Positions 32,167 to 44,577 of a stretch of DNA of 64,000 bases are shown piece by piece. Origin of the DNA: Trypanosoma brucei (taxonomy: Eukaryota); the NCBI GenBank assembly GCA_000002445.1, contig CP000070.1, positions 2,112,001 to 2,176,000 of the forward strand. The letters run 5' to 3'. Positions within the stretch are counted from its first letter, which is position 1, and each line of letters opens with the position of its first letter. The notes beneath the pieces were generated by a model, which was not told the DNA's origin, ran no database searches, and saw nothing but the letters and a program-made list of their open reading frames with translations. A program made the translations under genes and the position numbers.

Positions 32167-35100
32167 TAAACTCACTTCATGCTGAACTGAGTCTCCGAGT
32201 CGCCCAACCAACCTTTCCCACTCTTCCCTTTAGCAATAACTGGCCACACAGCCGGACTTTTGCATGCATATCTGTCCTCACCGACCGCGGCATCGGGGGC
32301 GTCTGTCAGTCCGGGTCCCCTCACAAACCTGCATCTCCGTGGGCTCAGCTTCCGATCGGTCGCGGCGCCCCAGACAACAGGGTCCGTGATGCGGAAGCCG
32401 CAACACGAACTCCCATCACTTCCATTAAGGAACGCAAGCTAAGTGACTTTGCTGAAAGAGGCTTTCCCGCTCCAGACGTCGGTGAAGCCTTTCGAGTTAA
32501 CGTGGCGTCCGGCTCCGTTATCCCTTTGAGGGTGAGGCCAGGCGTCGGCATGCATCCTGGTTTGTGAGGGCTGGGGAGGGCGAGAGGCCGTCGGGGAACG
32601 TGCGGGTGGCAAAGCCGTTGGTTCTCCAACGCGAAAAAGGGTCGTCCGTTTGGGTCCCTGAACACACTGGGCCGCCCCCACTGGTATCCGCTGTGCGATG
32701 CCGATATTGAGCCGGTGTGTCAAACGAATCCCTACTTGTGTTTTACGTGGGTCACAAGGGAACTTTGGTGTGTGTGCGTGTGGTTCTCCCAGCCGAAAAG
32801 AATCGCGTTAGCGAGGCGTCCCCATGCGAAGAAATGCAGTATCCACATCTCCCCGGGGACACCTCCGCACAGACGAAACGGAACACAAAATAATACAAGG
32901 ATGCCGGCAGATTGGGGAACCGTGGTGTTTCGAGAAAAAAATGCACCTTCGAGGGATCACAGAAGTGTGCAGAACAGCAAAAGTTTTTCTCTGGGGAATG
33001 AAAGAGCAGCAACCAAACCAACATTCGGAGAGGAACGGAAAGCCGCGCTTGCGTCCACATCTTACTGGAGACAACCTGCAAGACCACTCGCTGAAAGGAA
33101 GCGTGCAAGAAACAACCTAAGGATATGCAGAAAGGTAATCAAATGCCAATGCGACAGGGGCGGGGACTTGAACACCCCGCAGATCACGCGGAGCACGGTT
33201 TTGGAATAGGGTTTGCAGGGTATGAGGGATAAACGTTGCGGGCGATTGGAGGAATAGTGGTCACTTATAGGGCGAGGGATTCACAATGCGAGTGAAGCAA
33301 TTCCCCCAGCTGTTGGAGGAGCTAGAACAAGTGGGTGGGAAGACAGTTTAAACACTAAACCCCTTGAAGAGCTGGAGAAGAATATACAGAAGGCACTGGC
33401 CGAGGCGCAGAGTAGAACACGATACATATTCCGATAGTACGATAACTTGTGCGTTCATATTCAGGGAAACACCCAACACACTAGGAATAAACACCAGGAG
33501 ATGGTTGCAATGAAAGTAGGTATAGATGATGAAGCGCTCCTGGTAGCAAAGGCGTCTCTGAACATCCTCCAAATCCCCCGCTGCACGACAGAATGTACGG
33601 GACAAAGTGCCGTCGCTAAGCATATGCAGCGCGAGAAAGAACAGAAAATGAAAAACAAGACAGCGCATCACTCTGGGGATAGAGCGCTAGAAATCTTCAT
33701 AGAATTTGTTGGAATTGTTAAGTCCTGAAAGCACCGCGTAAAGAACATGATGCAGGGAACGCTTTGGAAGGCGAATTGCCATCTCACAGACACCCAACTC
33801 GTTTCCTATGCAAATTTTTCGGGCCAAAGTATTTAGGGCAAAGAAAAAAAAAGGAAACGCCGCATCCTCTTCCCGACGAATGCACGAATCCAGAGAGGGA
33901 GTGGGAGTCAAACGCCTCTGTTTTGCCAAGTTTATTCCTCCTTCACCTCACGATATGCCTGCGTATGGGGTGCGGCAGTGTCGCTGCAATGGATTGGCAG
34001 GTGCCGAACGCAACCTTGCGTCTTGGCCCCCGGGTGCCATCTGCAGGACGGTAAAGGCACCGCTTCCACAGACCTTGGCTGCTGCCGCGTGTGGTTGCTA
34101 TGAGCGCTGTTCCGGCAATCGCCCTCTTCAGGTGGAAAGGGCGTCAGCCTGCAGATTTCCTCCATACGGAATGAAAGACGCCGACGACACTTACACGAGA
34201 ACGACCTTGTCGGTGGAGGTCACGATTCCCGAAGGTTTTACCAGGTGTTTTCCTTCCAACCTGCCGCTACCTCAGTTGCGGGTGTTTCCAACGTCGGCAG
34301 ACGCGCCTTTGTGAAAGACACGGGCTAGAAACCGGCGAAAAGTTATGGGGTTTGGAGAAAGAGCCAGTGAATGGTTGACGGAAGTTCCACGGATGTATTC
34401 CGGCTCAATCGCATTCCCCACAGTTACGACATTGAGGCGCCAGCGGGTCAAGCGGGTACCTGGAGAAAATGGCAGCAGAGAGGTCATCGAGACCGCACAC
34501 CCGAGTAGGCACCCACCTGCAGTTCTTTAAGTACACCACAAGGCCTTCATATACGAGCAGCAGGGGCAGCGGCGAAAGGGGAAATCTGTCACAGCCGTCG
34601 CCATGGAATCAGCGTCACATACTTCGCAAACTAATGAGGGAACCCGCCAATGCACGGACAAAAAGCATGACTTCCGTTAACAGCGGGAAATGCAAGCAGC
34701 CGCTGCTCGCAACGCCCCTTCAGATTACTACGGAGGAGGGCTTTAAGAACAGAAGAAGGGGGAAAAAAAAACAGGTTTGGGGATGCGAGTGACACCAATG
34801 AAAGGTGTTAACGTGTCTAGAAACCGCGGTGCTTCAAAAATCGGTTGTTGTTTGAATGTAGTGCAAAGCGATATAAGGCAATGGTAGATCTAGCGATAGC
34901 CAAAAAACAGCGGCAGCTGCAAATTAATAAAACCCTGATATGGAGGTTCCGTTTTGGATGTAAGGAAGAATTACTGAAATTAAATGTACTCATAACCAGA
35001 TTTATACAAAAAAAATATGAAGAGGTAGGTTAAATGGTAACACCAACGAAAAATAAAAAAAGACCAAACAATGCACTACAAAGTGAGAAAAACATCGTTT

Positions 35101-35505
35101 ACGCTTACCGTACAGAAGGCAATTTCACGGCCCTTAAGAATAAAAAAAAACCTAACACACTAGGGTTAACATCTTAGAAAAACATCACGCCGCATACACC
35201 TGACAGAAGGTTGTTTACTTTGCGCGATAGCAAGCAAGAACCTACTAAATCGTATGGGTGAAGGGGTGTGTTGAAATCCAACTCCCCCCCCAGCTACATT
35301 CAGCAAGCGACGTAACTGCAACAAGTAAAGATGCATATCTTGCGCCGAACCAATTGGGATGTATACTGCCAATGGGCTTAAGGAAACTCTTCACATTAAA
35401 AGTAAAATACCTACGAAACATACCATACATCTTTCACAACATCCCATGGCCTTATAAGCCTTAGAAGCCACGATCTATCTGTGATTAACTTCTTTTGATC
35501 CTAAT

Positions 35506-38500
35506 CTAAAAATCACCCAGCTCCCCCACGTGATTGGAAATGATAAGCACCGACCCACTTGACAGGGTGCTCGATGAGTGCTCGCTCTCGACGACAGCGT
35601 GGTAATCCACAACGTGCCCAACCTTCATTGCAATGCGACGCACAACCTCCTCACAGTAGCTGTCGTCCCACGCGGATGCACTTTTCTTGGGCAACGGCAC
35701 CCGCCAACGTTCGCAGAAAGGCATCAAAGTTCCCTGGCGTTGCGCTTGTGTGAAGACGCCCATCAGTGACTGCAAAGAAACCGCAATCGCCTGCGCAGTC
35801 TCACTTAACTCGGCGAGTGTTGAGCTGTAATCACTCGTGGAGGCTGCCGTGCCCTCTCCAAAGATATCAAGCACATCCAGCACCCGGTCCAGGCGCAGCT
35901 CGGCGAATGAGCGACCGGGCACGGCATTCAGCTGGTACACTTCCACAGGCTCTGACACACCACGTAGCGGCACACCACCTAACGGCGTCACGTCAAATTG
36001 GCTCCGTTCTTCAGTACTCAGTGAATGGTACGTCTCACACGTCATCAGCACCTGACCACCGTTACCAACACTCTCTGTCCTTGCTGCCGTGTTCGCCGTC
36101 TGCCCATAGTAGTCGTAACCCTTCGTCACTTCATCGTAGCGGATGTCGCACAATCCAGTATGAATCCCTACACGTACACGCAACCCATTCCACAGTTGCC
36201 GATAAACCTCAGGGTCCAGGCGCGCAGTTGGCGGCTTGTACTTTCCATCACCCTCCTCCGCGTGCCGCTCCTCAAACTCACGGTAAAATTCGTCGAACAC
36301 TGTCGTGCCCCAGTCATGATGCAAGAAACGCCGCTGGAGTTCCTGTGCGAGGTGGACGGCGGCGAATGGACTTTTACATGCAATCATAAAAGAGTCTCCA
36401 ACAGTTTTCACTTCGTAGCAGTCATAATTCTCGATCAGTGAGCGAACCATACTGTGATGTGTCGCAACGGCATCGGGCATCAGCTCAGGTTGTGTCGCCC
36501 ACTGTGCAGTACTGCTCTCGATGTCAGTGAATATTAATGTCACGGGGTCTGCCAATTCTTTTGGGGCGTTGTCGTTATCACGCTTGTTGCGCATAATGCA
36601 GCACAGAAAAACGGTAAGGCCTACTGCCAGTATCAGCACAAGCAAACCGGCACCAACCACACCAGCAAGTTGTGCGGGGGTGAGGGCATTGTTGTTAGGG
36701 ACGGTGTACACCATCGAAGGTGACATCGGATCTTGCAGCACTGGTTCATCCGACCGTAGCGCTCGTGCCATTGACCACACACTAATATCCGTTGCACCGA
36801 AGTTTGACAAACTCTCTTCCGCAGTGGCCACACCCTCAGCGTCTTTGTAAGCGCCATATTGCATATCGTCGACAGTAATAAAAGTTTCGTTGAAAAAGAG
36901 GCCGGACAACAGGTCAGACGTCGCTAAGTCCATGCGCTGAAGGTTTCTCTGCATCAGTCTACCCGTGGCGAAACCCAGCAGCGACAGCGGCGTCCACTTT
37001 TCCACCTCACGTACCGCCTCGTGGAACCGTCGCACAGTCTCCGATGTCGTGTTGACATCTGCCCAGTGCGGTAAACTCGTTGCGAACAAAAGGTGCTTGG
37101 CGCCATCACTATTGTTGAAGGCTTGCACAAACTCATTGTACAGCAGTGCAATGTCAGAGAACTGGACAAGTACGCGCGCCTTGGTGTGGATACGTAGGTG
37201 CTCTTCAATTACCACAATGTCATCAACAGCGAGTCCAATGATAAAAGTGCTACCACTTTTCGGAAGATGCTCTCCAACAGAGTCCCCTGGAGTCAATACA
37301 ACGGTAGAGCTGAGGTTCAAGCCAAATGTGAACAGTGTTTTCTTCAACACATTTTTGACCATCGGCGCCTGCTCACACCTAATAATGCAACTGACAGCAC
37401 CAACGTGAATGTTGGAGAGGTAATTGACAAGCACGTATAGTTGCTGCTCTAGTGTCGGGGACAAGTGGATCACATTCCTGCTGAAACTGTTCAGATGAGG
37501 GGTTGGCGTTATAGGGTCAATGAATGTTAAGTCCCTCAGTCCCAGTGTTGCTTCCGTCACGACACCAAATATAGCACTCACCGCACGATTCTGCCGCTGT
37601 GCATCGACATCCCCAGGAGCATTCTGCATATCTGTGGCAATCTTCTGAAGGAAAAATCTGTTCATATCACCAACTCTTCCAGTTGAGGCTACCGCAGATG
37701 CACCCTTGTTAAACTGATCGGTTGCCCTTTCCAGCTCCGGGTGGTCCTCAACGCTAACGAGCACGCCACTGAGCGGCGGCTGCAGGATTGCGGGGTCACT
37801 ATTACACTCCAGCGGGGATTGCACAGTGTAGCCACCAAGAACTGGCCGTAGTCGGTAATCCTCAGCGACCTCCTTCATGTACACCTTCCTCCCACCATGG
37901 TTGCAGTGACAGATAGCCCCACTCCCGACAGCCCTCTCGCTGCACTCACCTCCAAAATCACCGATCACGATGTCATCAATCACGTAACGGCGTTGCTCGT
38001 ACAGCGACTCAAGGAAGGCTGTGCCGTTGTTCATCCAGCCATGACTACGCAGTGCCCGCGCCAATACCTCCCCAGCAATCCAGCCATTAACCATCAGCTC
38101 CCCATCCGCGTCATTCTTTAGAAAGTGATCTGCATCATTGAAGCCACTCCACTCCTTGTATTCAGTCAAATAGTTCCTCATTTCAGTTTGAAAGCGCTTG
38201 ATCGCTGCGAAGAAGCCGTCTACGGCAAGCGGGTTAGTGCCTGTCTGAATGACACGACGTGGAACAAACGGAGCATTCGCTTCTTCTAATGCCTCCTTCC
38301 ATACTGATGCGATTGACTTCTGCATTAGTGAGGGAGCTAGGAGGAACGCATCCGCGGTACGCGGGTCAGCCACAAGCTTCTTGATAAACTTCTCGGTTTC
38401 TTCTTTCATGGTGGTGAGGAGAATGACAGCCTGTGGACGGTTCGCCGCGAATTCTTTCCATGCCGCCTCAAACTCCGCCGCTGAAATGCCCTGGTCGCCT

Positions 38501-39123
38501 TCATGGCTCTGAACAGTGAATGCACAACACGGTTCATATCCCAAGCGTGACAAAAAAAAAACAGCCTTCTCATATGTCGCACTACCCCCCATCGAACCCT
38601 CAAGATACATAAAGCCCAACCGGAGGACACGCAGGTAATTCACAGCATAGCGGATGAGGGCTATGAGTTCACCAGTCAGCTCCGGTCGAAGGAAATAAAG
38701 ATTGGGGCGGTATGCCTCAAAACCAGCAGCGCCAGTCATAGGGGCGAAGCCGACAAGAGTGTGTTCCTCCAGCGTATCATACGAAGAAGAAGTGCTTTCC
38801 TCGCCCATGGGACCCAGCACAACCAGAAGGTTATTGTCATCTTCCAGGCCTCTTAAGTATTCCTTCAAGTACTCGTGTGCGGGGGTGTTGTAGGATGGGG
38901 GCCGTACCACCGAAACATCGACACCAGGGGCCATCACCCAACCTCGCGCGGCCAGGGATGCGTTAAAACCGGCATTGACAGCGTTAATATACTCCACAGG
39001 CCAGTTTTTACTGTACAACAGGGACAGAACCGTCACGGTTACTTGTACACCCCCGGCTTCCCTCGTCGGCGGCGATGCGGCACATGCTGACAGTAAAAAC
39101 AACAGCAAGGCTGGTGCTTTCAT
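35506..39123 (-). CDS. GRESAG4: Receptor-type adenylate cyclase (trypanosome GRESAG4/ESAG4 family)
   Basis: 1205 aa. N-terminal signal peptide (MKAPALLLFLLSACAASP), a large extracellular periplasmic-binding-protein-like domain and a single transmembrane helix (LAGVVGAGLLVLILAVGLTVFLCCIM). The class III cyclase catalytic domain is intracellular (VTLIFTDIESSTAQWA...KTVGDSFMIA...VRVGIHTG). Confidence 0.9.
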   Translation of the reverse strand: MKAPALLLFLLSACAASPPTREAGGVQVTVTVLSLLYSKNWPVEYINAVNAGFNASLAARGWVMAPGVDVSVVRPPSYNTPAHEYLKEYLRGLEDDNNLLVVLGPMGEESTSSSYDTLEEHTLVGFAPMTGAAGFEAYRPNLYFLRPELTGELIALIRYAVNYLRVLRLGFMYLEGSMGGSATYEKAVFFLSRLGYEPCCAFTVQSHEGDQGISAAEFEAAWKEFAANRPQAVILLTTMKEETEKFIKKLVADPRTADAFLLAPSLMQKSIASVWKEALEEANAPFVPRRVIQTGTNPLAVDGFFAAIKRFQTEMRNYLTEYKEWSGFNDADHFLKNDADGELMVNGWIAGEVLARALRSHGWMNNGTAFLESLYEQRRYVIDDIVIGDFGGECSERAVGSGAICHCNHGGRKVYMKEVAEDYRLRPVLGGYTVQSPLECNSDPAILQPPLSGVLVSVEDHPELERATDQFNKGASAVASTGRVGDMNRFFLQKIATDMQNAPGDVDAQRQNRAVSAIFGVVTEATLGLRDLTFIDPITPTPHLNSFSRNVIHLSPTLEQQLYVLVNYLSNIHVGAVSCIIRCEQAPMVKNVLKKTLFTFGLNLSSTVVLTPGDSVGEHLPKSGSTFIIGLAVDDIVVIEEHLRIHTKARVLVQFSDIALLYNEFVQAFNNSDGAKHLLFATSLPHWADVNTTSETVRRFHEAVREVEKWTPLSLLGFATGRLMQRNLQRMDLATSDLLSGLFFNETFITVDDMQYGAYKDAEGVATAEESLSNFGATDISVWSMARALRSDEPVLQDPMSPSMVYTVPNNNALTPAQLAGVVGAGLLVLILAVGLTVFLCCIMRNKRDNDNAPKELADPVTLIFTDIESSTAQWATQPELMPDAVATHHSMVRSLIENYDCYEVKTVGDSFMIACKSPFAAVHLAQELQRRFLHHDWGTTVFDEFYREFEERHAEEGDGKYKPPTARLDPEVYRQLWNGLRVRVGIHTGLCDIRYDEVTKGYDYYGQTANTAARTESVGNGGQVLMTCETYHSLSTEERSQFDVTPLGGVPLRGVSEPVEVYQLNAVPGRSFAELRLDRVLDVLDIFGEGTAASTSDYSSTLAELSETAQAIAVSLQSLMGVFTQAQRQGTLMPFCERWRVPLPKKSASAWDDSYCEEVVRRIAMKVGHVVDYHAVVESEHSSSTLSSGSVLIISNHVGELGDF

Positions 39124-42100
39124 GGCGGAAGGATTTATCCAGTTGCAGTCACCAGGGAACTGTTTCCCGGATCAGGAGACTTTGATATATATATATATAT
39201 ATATGTGTGTGTCGTTGCAGTGTCTTGTAGCGGTAACCCCGTCAACGCGCGGTGGCAGCTAAAGGGGGTTGTATAGCTCGAAACTGTTATGGCCTAAAAG
39301 ACAGAGAGGAAAACAAACTGTTAATAGTAATTTATGACAGGAGGTAGTGAGAGTCATGCAACGCGACAGGGCTTTCTGGACTGCAATAGCTGTGCTCAAA
39401 CATGTGGGGCCCGTCGCGACGAAGGGTGTACACGTATAGAAAACTGTACAGAAGCAAAGAAATACTAAACATCCCCAGCATCATTTCAGGTCGGGCCCCG
39501 AGGGAGAGGGCAGACGACTGACATAAACTCCCTCTTCACGTCACGCGAAGCACGTCGACAGGCAAGTGTTTCGGGGTTTACTAAGGACGCATGCCTCCTC
39601 CTTCATGTAGTGAGGGAGTTTGGGCAACCACTTCCAATGCACACAACATTTATATAACCACGGCGATGCACGTGATAGTTGCTTCCCAACGACAGTAAAC
39701 TTCGTGTGTAGGAAAGGAAAGTAAAAAATGTGAAAAACTACCATCTAGCAGAAACTCCCTTGAAACATAGAAGTATCGAATAAAACAGTATTTACTCACC
39801 GCTGACGTAGCATCAGTACACCGTTGGCAATCAGCTCAACTGCACGAGCTTTACAGCCTTCACACGAACTACCAAGTAGCATTTCCTACAAGCATGTCCC
39901 CCCTCTTCCATAAACTACTACTAAGCTAAACACACCGCGTCCTCATAGGTATTATACCTAAAGAATTTGGCATGTGCGAAAAAGTGTTCACACGCAGTGG
40001 TCAGCTTTGTCTACTGGTGGTGTCAATCAACATAGCTGGTGATGTGTTTTTCAATGTCTTCAGCGTGCTTTACGAACTGGGTAATATGCTTCAAACGTAA
40101 CCTCTGCACGCCTACGCGTGACATGACTAGAACAAAGTGTGCTCCTTTGCATCAAAAAAAACAAAAATAATAATAATAATCACTTCCATCCACCCACCTT
40201 TGTGATATGTACAGGGTATGAAAACGGCGCCCCTGACACACAAATCGCACTTCAACTCTCTGAACAAAAAACACAGCCCTACACCGAAACTCATCAGTTA
40301 ACATCACTTCGGTAAGCTGATGGCGAGTATTATCTGTCTGAATAGAAGGTTGGACTTCAAATACGGTACGTTTGTCTGGGCACAAACCTGTCTCATCTCC
40401 CAAAAAATCCACAGAATATGCCATGGGGCAAGCAGCGGTGTGCCAACGGAAAGCAAAGCATGAAAATAAAAGGTGACGTAAAGGCAACTACCGCACGGCA
40501 AACATGTGGCATATAATCTGGTACCTGAGTGACTCTCCGTGCTGTTAAATCAGAGGGTATATGTGCAGTGACTGTGACACCATCTGTCCACACTAATGAC
40601 AAGGGCAAAAAATATGGCACCCTCCGCGCAACAACAGGACAGTGCTCCCACAGACTCACTTCTCGCAGAGCAGACTCACTTATAGTACAAATGAAAGGCG
40701 GTAAACGCCACCTTTCCCGCACATTTTTTTGTGCATCCTGTTCATAGCACAACTAACCCCTAACTTTTGATTGTGAGCCGTCAATACCACTGGGTCACCC
40801 GTGCCAGAATGTCCACACCGCCGTCCTCATCCCGAACGTCGGTGAAGGTAAGAATATATCGCCTGAAGGTCCACACTTACTAGAGGGGGATGAAGCTACT
40901 CCCTCATCGCTTAGATGAAGCTGCGTCGTAGAACTGGCAAGTTCCGTGTCCCCACCGTTTCGTGTGTGCACGATCCGCACCACTTTGCTTCAACATCGTT
41001 CTTTCTGCCACACAATAACTTGTAAAGTAACGTTGTGTACTCTCGCGAATACGAAAACAGTAAACGTACAAGGTCCGTTAAGATTACAAAAATGCCTCGC
41101 CACTTCGCCGCCCCTTCCCATTCCAACGTGAACCGCGTACCTGATGGCGCACTGGGGTGTAAAGAAAGCAGACGTGCACTCCAAACCTTTTCAGTTTCGT
41201 CGGCGATGTAAGGGCACTTTCCGTTCACATCGCTACGCATCACATTGTTAACATTTCAACCTCACCTAGCAACGATGGCATTGTATAACCGATGAATGCC
41301 AAAAGCACAAATTAAGGGGCGAGTGGTTGCACTCTTCACAGCATCCCCAGACAGACAATGAGGGAAGGATATGCTGGAATCTCTGGCATTACCAGCTTTG
41401 TCTGTCATGGCAGTTACGTGTTTACTTCACCGCCACGCAACCCGACGTACAGATGGTGAAGTTCGATAACAAGCGCTACGACGATGATGCTGTCACGACC
41501 AGATGCGGCTCCGGATCCTTTCCACGTGTTCAGTGTGTATGGCTTAACTACCTTTAAGAAACCCGAGCCAGCTATTTATTAGAGCCCGTCCTCATAAATT
41601 ATAATACCTTCGGATCCAACCACCAAAGCCTCTTCCTCTTGTCCAATCGTGAACCGTAACGAACAAATACACATCCACCAAACGTGGTACATCATATCCT
41701 GGATAGCAGGTGCTACCTTCATACGACGCGTACTGCTTCACTAAACGTTTTGCAACTCTGTGCGCTACTACCTCGCCGACGTTGTCCCCGTTACGAATCC
41801 GGAAGCTAACACAAGACACTAACCTTTGTGCATCCATTTCCCTTCCCGTTTCCATTGGGGTGTTTACCGTTCCTGTCTCAATATACGCTGGAATTATTTT
41901 TGTTATGCACATTACGAGCTTTTCGAGTAGCTGATAAGTTGTCGTCCGTATCACACTCTTCAAAGTTGCGCCGCTCTCTCACAACGCATCCAAGCTCCTC
42001 ATATACGTGCGCAAAGGGGCGTGAAGAGGCTGAATCAAACCACACGGGAGTCGCTTTCCAAAGTGCAATTTGTCTCTTTCAAAAAACCACAACACGGATG

Positions 42101-44577
42101 TCGCAACTGTGGTTCCCCTTGTGTTTTTTTTACCTTATTTGTTCTTTTTAGCCGTTCAAATGCTGCCCTTTCCCCCAGTTTTCTATCTTTATCATGAGGT
42201 TAGTTGCCGAGTCGTTCCATTATTATATAGTGTAGTGCCTTGAGGACATTATTGGGCCCATGTGTCGAATCGTTCGTGGCGTTGACGTCGTTTCCTGGCG
42301 GACAAGCAGGCATCATTGGCAGTGTTGTCAGGTGTGATCTAGGGGAAATTGTCCGTGTTAACTCTGGAACACTGTCTGCGTTTCATGCCGTATGCCCCCC
42401 TTTCCACTGCTACGCACGTTGACCGACCGATCGATTCAATGTCCCATGTTCACAGCTGACCAAATATTTTTTCCTTTCCCTCTGAAGAAGTCACCACCGG
42501 GAGTGGGGTGCAACCCATGGGTTCACAACGGCATGACTTAGTTTCTTAATCACTCTCAAACGTTTTCCCTCCTCACTTCTCTTCCACCCTTTCGGAGCTG
42601 CAATGATTCCCATCTTCCACGCCGAGGTTTGTTGTGGCATCAGGTTACCTCCGTCGGGTTTCTTCAGTTCATCGTTTTCCTGATCTCACGGCGCAACAAC
42701 AGTAGCTGAAACGTTGGCATTGTTATTCTTCTGGTTGATTCTGCGGTATATATCCACACGGGTTGTGCAATCCCCCCTTTAATCTTGGAGGACCCGTTTT
42801 TTAAAAAGCCAATGAAAGGGATGAAAAGTTGGTGAGCACTGCCATTCTTATCCCTCTTTTGAGATCGCTTTTCCACAATCAGTAAGCGCTACGAATCTGC
42901 TTTTCACCTATGTACTCCTTATCCCATGGCTGGGTATGTAGTACTGTTTCACATCCTTAGAGTGTTGGAACAGTAAGGCCACAACTTCCAGCAAGCAAGG
43001 CGATGTCAATGACTCATCCGTCTAAATTGGGGAGTTGATTTTCTCTAGTTTTTACCTGTCCCGATATTCATTTGCGCTTTTCACCAATGAGGTCATCCGC
43101 TTTAGTTACCAACAACCTTCCTGAAGAGCAAGAAATACTAACGATGATCAGACAGTACCCGACAGCCTCAGAAAAATAAGCGGGCGCAGATGCGACCTGC
43201 AACCTGTGTCCAGATATGAGCCAGTGGGATACTATCCGGGAGTACCCCGTGACACTTAGGCTTAGTGCAACAACTGGGTCCTCCGTCACCGCGCTCCTTC
43301 TCATCGGCTAGAAACCCGCGCCAATACCACACACAAAGACAACGAAGTTTTCGTGTGTACTCCCCTTGTGGGGCTACGTTTTTCCCTTTCAGAATTCCTG
43401 TCGTAGTCTTGATCATGTCGACCCGATTTCCTCATCGGAAGCAGTGCTCATGTGTTCAGAACGGTAGATCTCAGTACACAAGAAGGTATGCTCACAGGCA
43501 GATTGAGCGAATGATTGATCCTCGTCAACCCAGAGGAGAGGGAGGAATGAACATTGTCGTTTTACCAGTCCGTTGCCCACACGATGTATAATTGTTCATC
43601 TGTGCCACTGCCGAATCCTGGGACGCATGCTGACGCTTAGCCCCCTTTCTCCCCCATGAGGGGACCCGCCCATGCTCTGCTGGGGATGCGGCGGCAACCT
43701 TCAAAAGCTAATGTTGAAGAGTGATTCTTACGCAGTTAGCTACTGAAGTAATACTGGAAGCAGGTGTCCACAGCCTACGACACGTCCCGCTTCTACGTTG
43801 TGTGAGTCACAGCTGCTTCCATAATTGGCCTTGTGATGTGGGACGGCTGTCGGTAGGATAATAATAATAGTAATGTCCCAGCAAAGTGGGACGATGACCA
43901 AACATATGGATCAACTTCCGTTACCGCAACGGGGACTATTGCATCACCGGATGAACAATAACGGCGGTGACGGTCAACCTATAAAATCTGCGCAAGCGGG
44001 CGATCTAACCGTAACCTACAAATGGCGATCCAATGCCACGTTTCTCGAACGGGTCACCATCCGAGCACCTACCGCACAATCAGGTGGCAAAAAATGTCAC
44101 CCAATCACACTCGCTAATTCGGAGCGACTACCTCCAAAACATGTCGGACTCACGCAGTGATGCAATCCATTCAGAAAAAAAAAATCATCGCCCCCCCCCC
44201 TTAAGTAACATGGCTTTTTGACCGCAGTAGCCACTGTGCTTTCGCACCCTTCGCCGAGGTGCTTGCACATACTACGGGCAAGCGGCAGCAAAACCCTTGG
44301 CGTATTCGCGTGTATTGCTTCCGCCCACAGTGTACACAAGGAAAAAATATAGAATGAGTGGCAAAACAGTGAGTTAAGATGCAATGCAGCTAGGAGGAAA
44401 GCTCATTTTCTCGAACGCCAACACACCAAGGTGTCCGGAAGGAACGTCTGTGAACCTTCACTTTCACGCGGTATACGGGGTTGATCCGCGCTAGAATAAA
44501 AACGTTAAAATTCAGCGCCATCTCGACGACACGTCGGTACGAATGAGCCTGCACACGACTCAGTCGCGCATCGGAAA

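Noticed and set aside
31565-33209. Medium ORFs (174, 164, 118 and 98 aa) in the GC-rich block 3' of GRESAG4
   Set aside because: The translations are Arg/Pro/Cys/Trp-rich with no motifs, and there are overlapping ORFs in several frames. Openness driven by GC content is more likely than coding. The block is kept as a finding as a possible pseudogene or relic.
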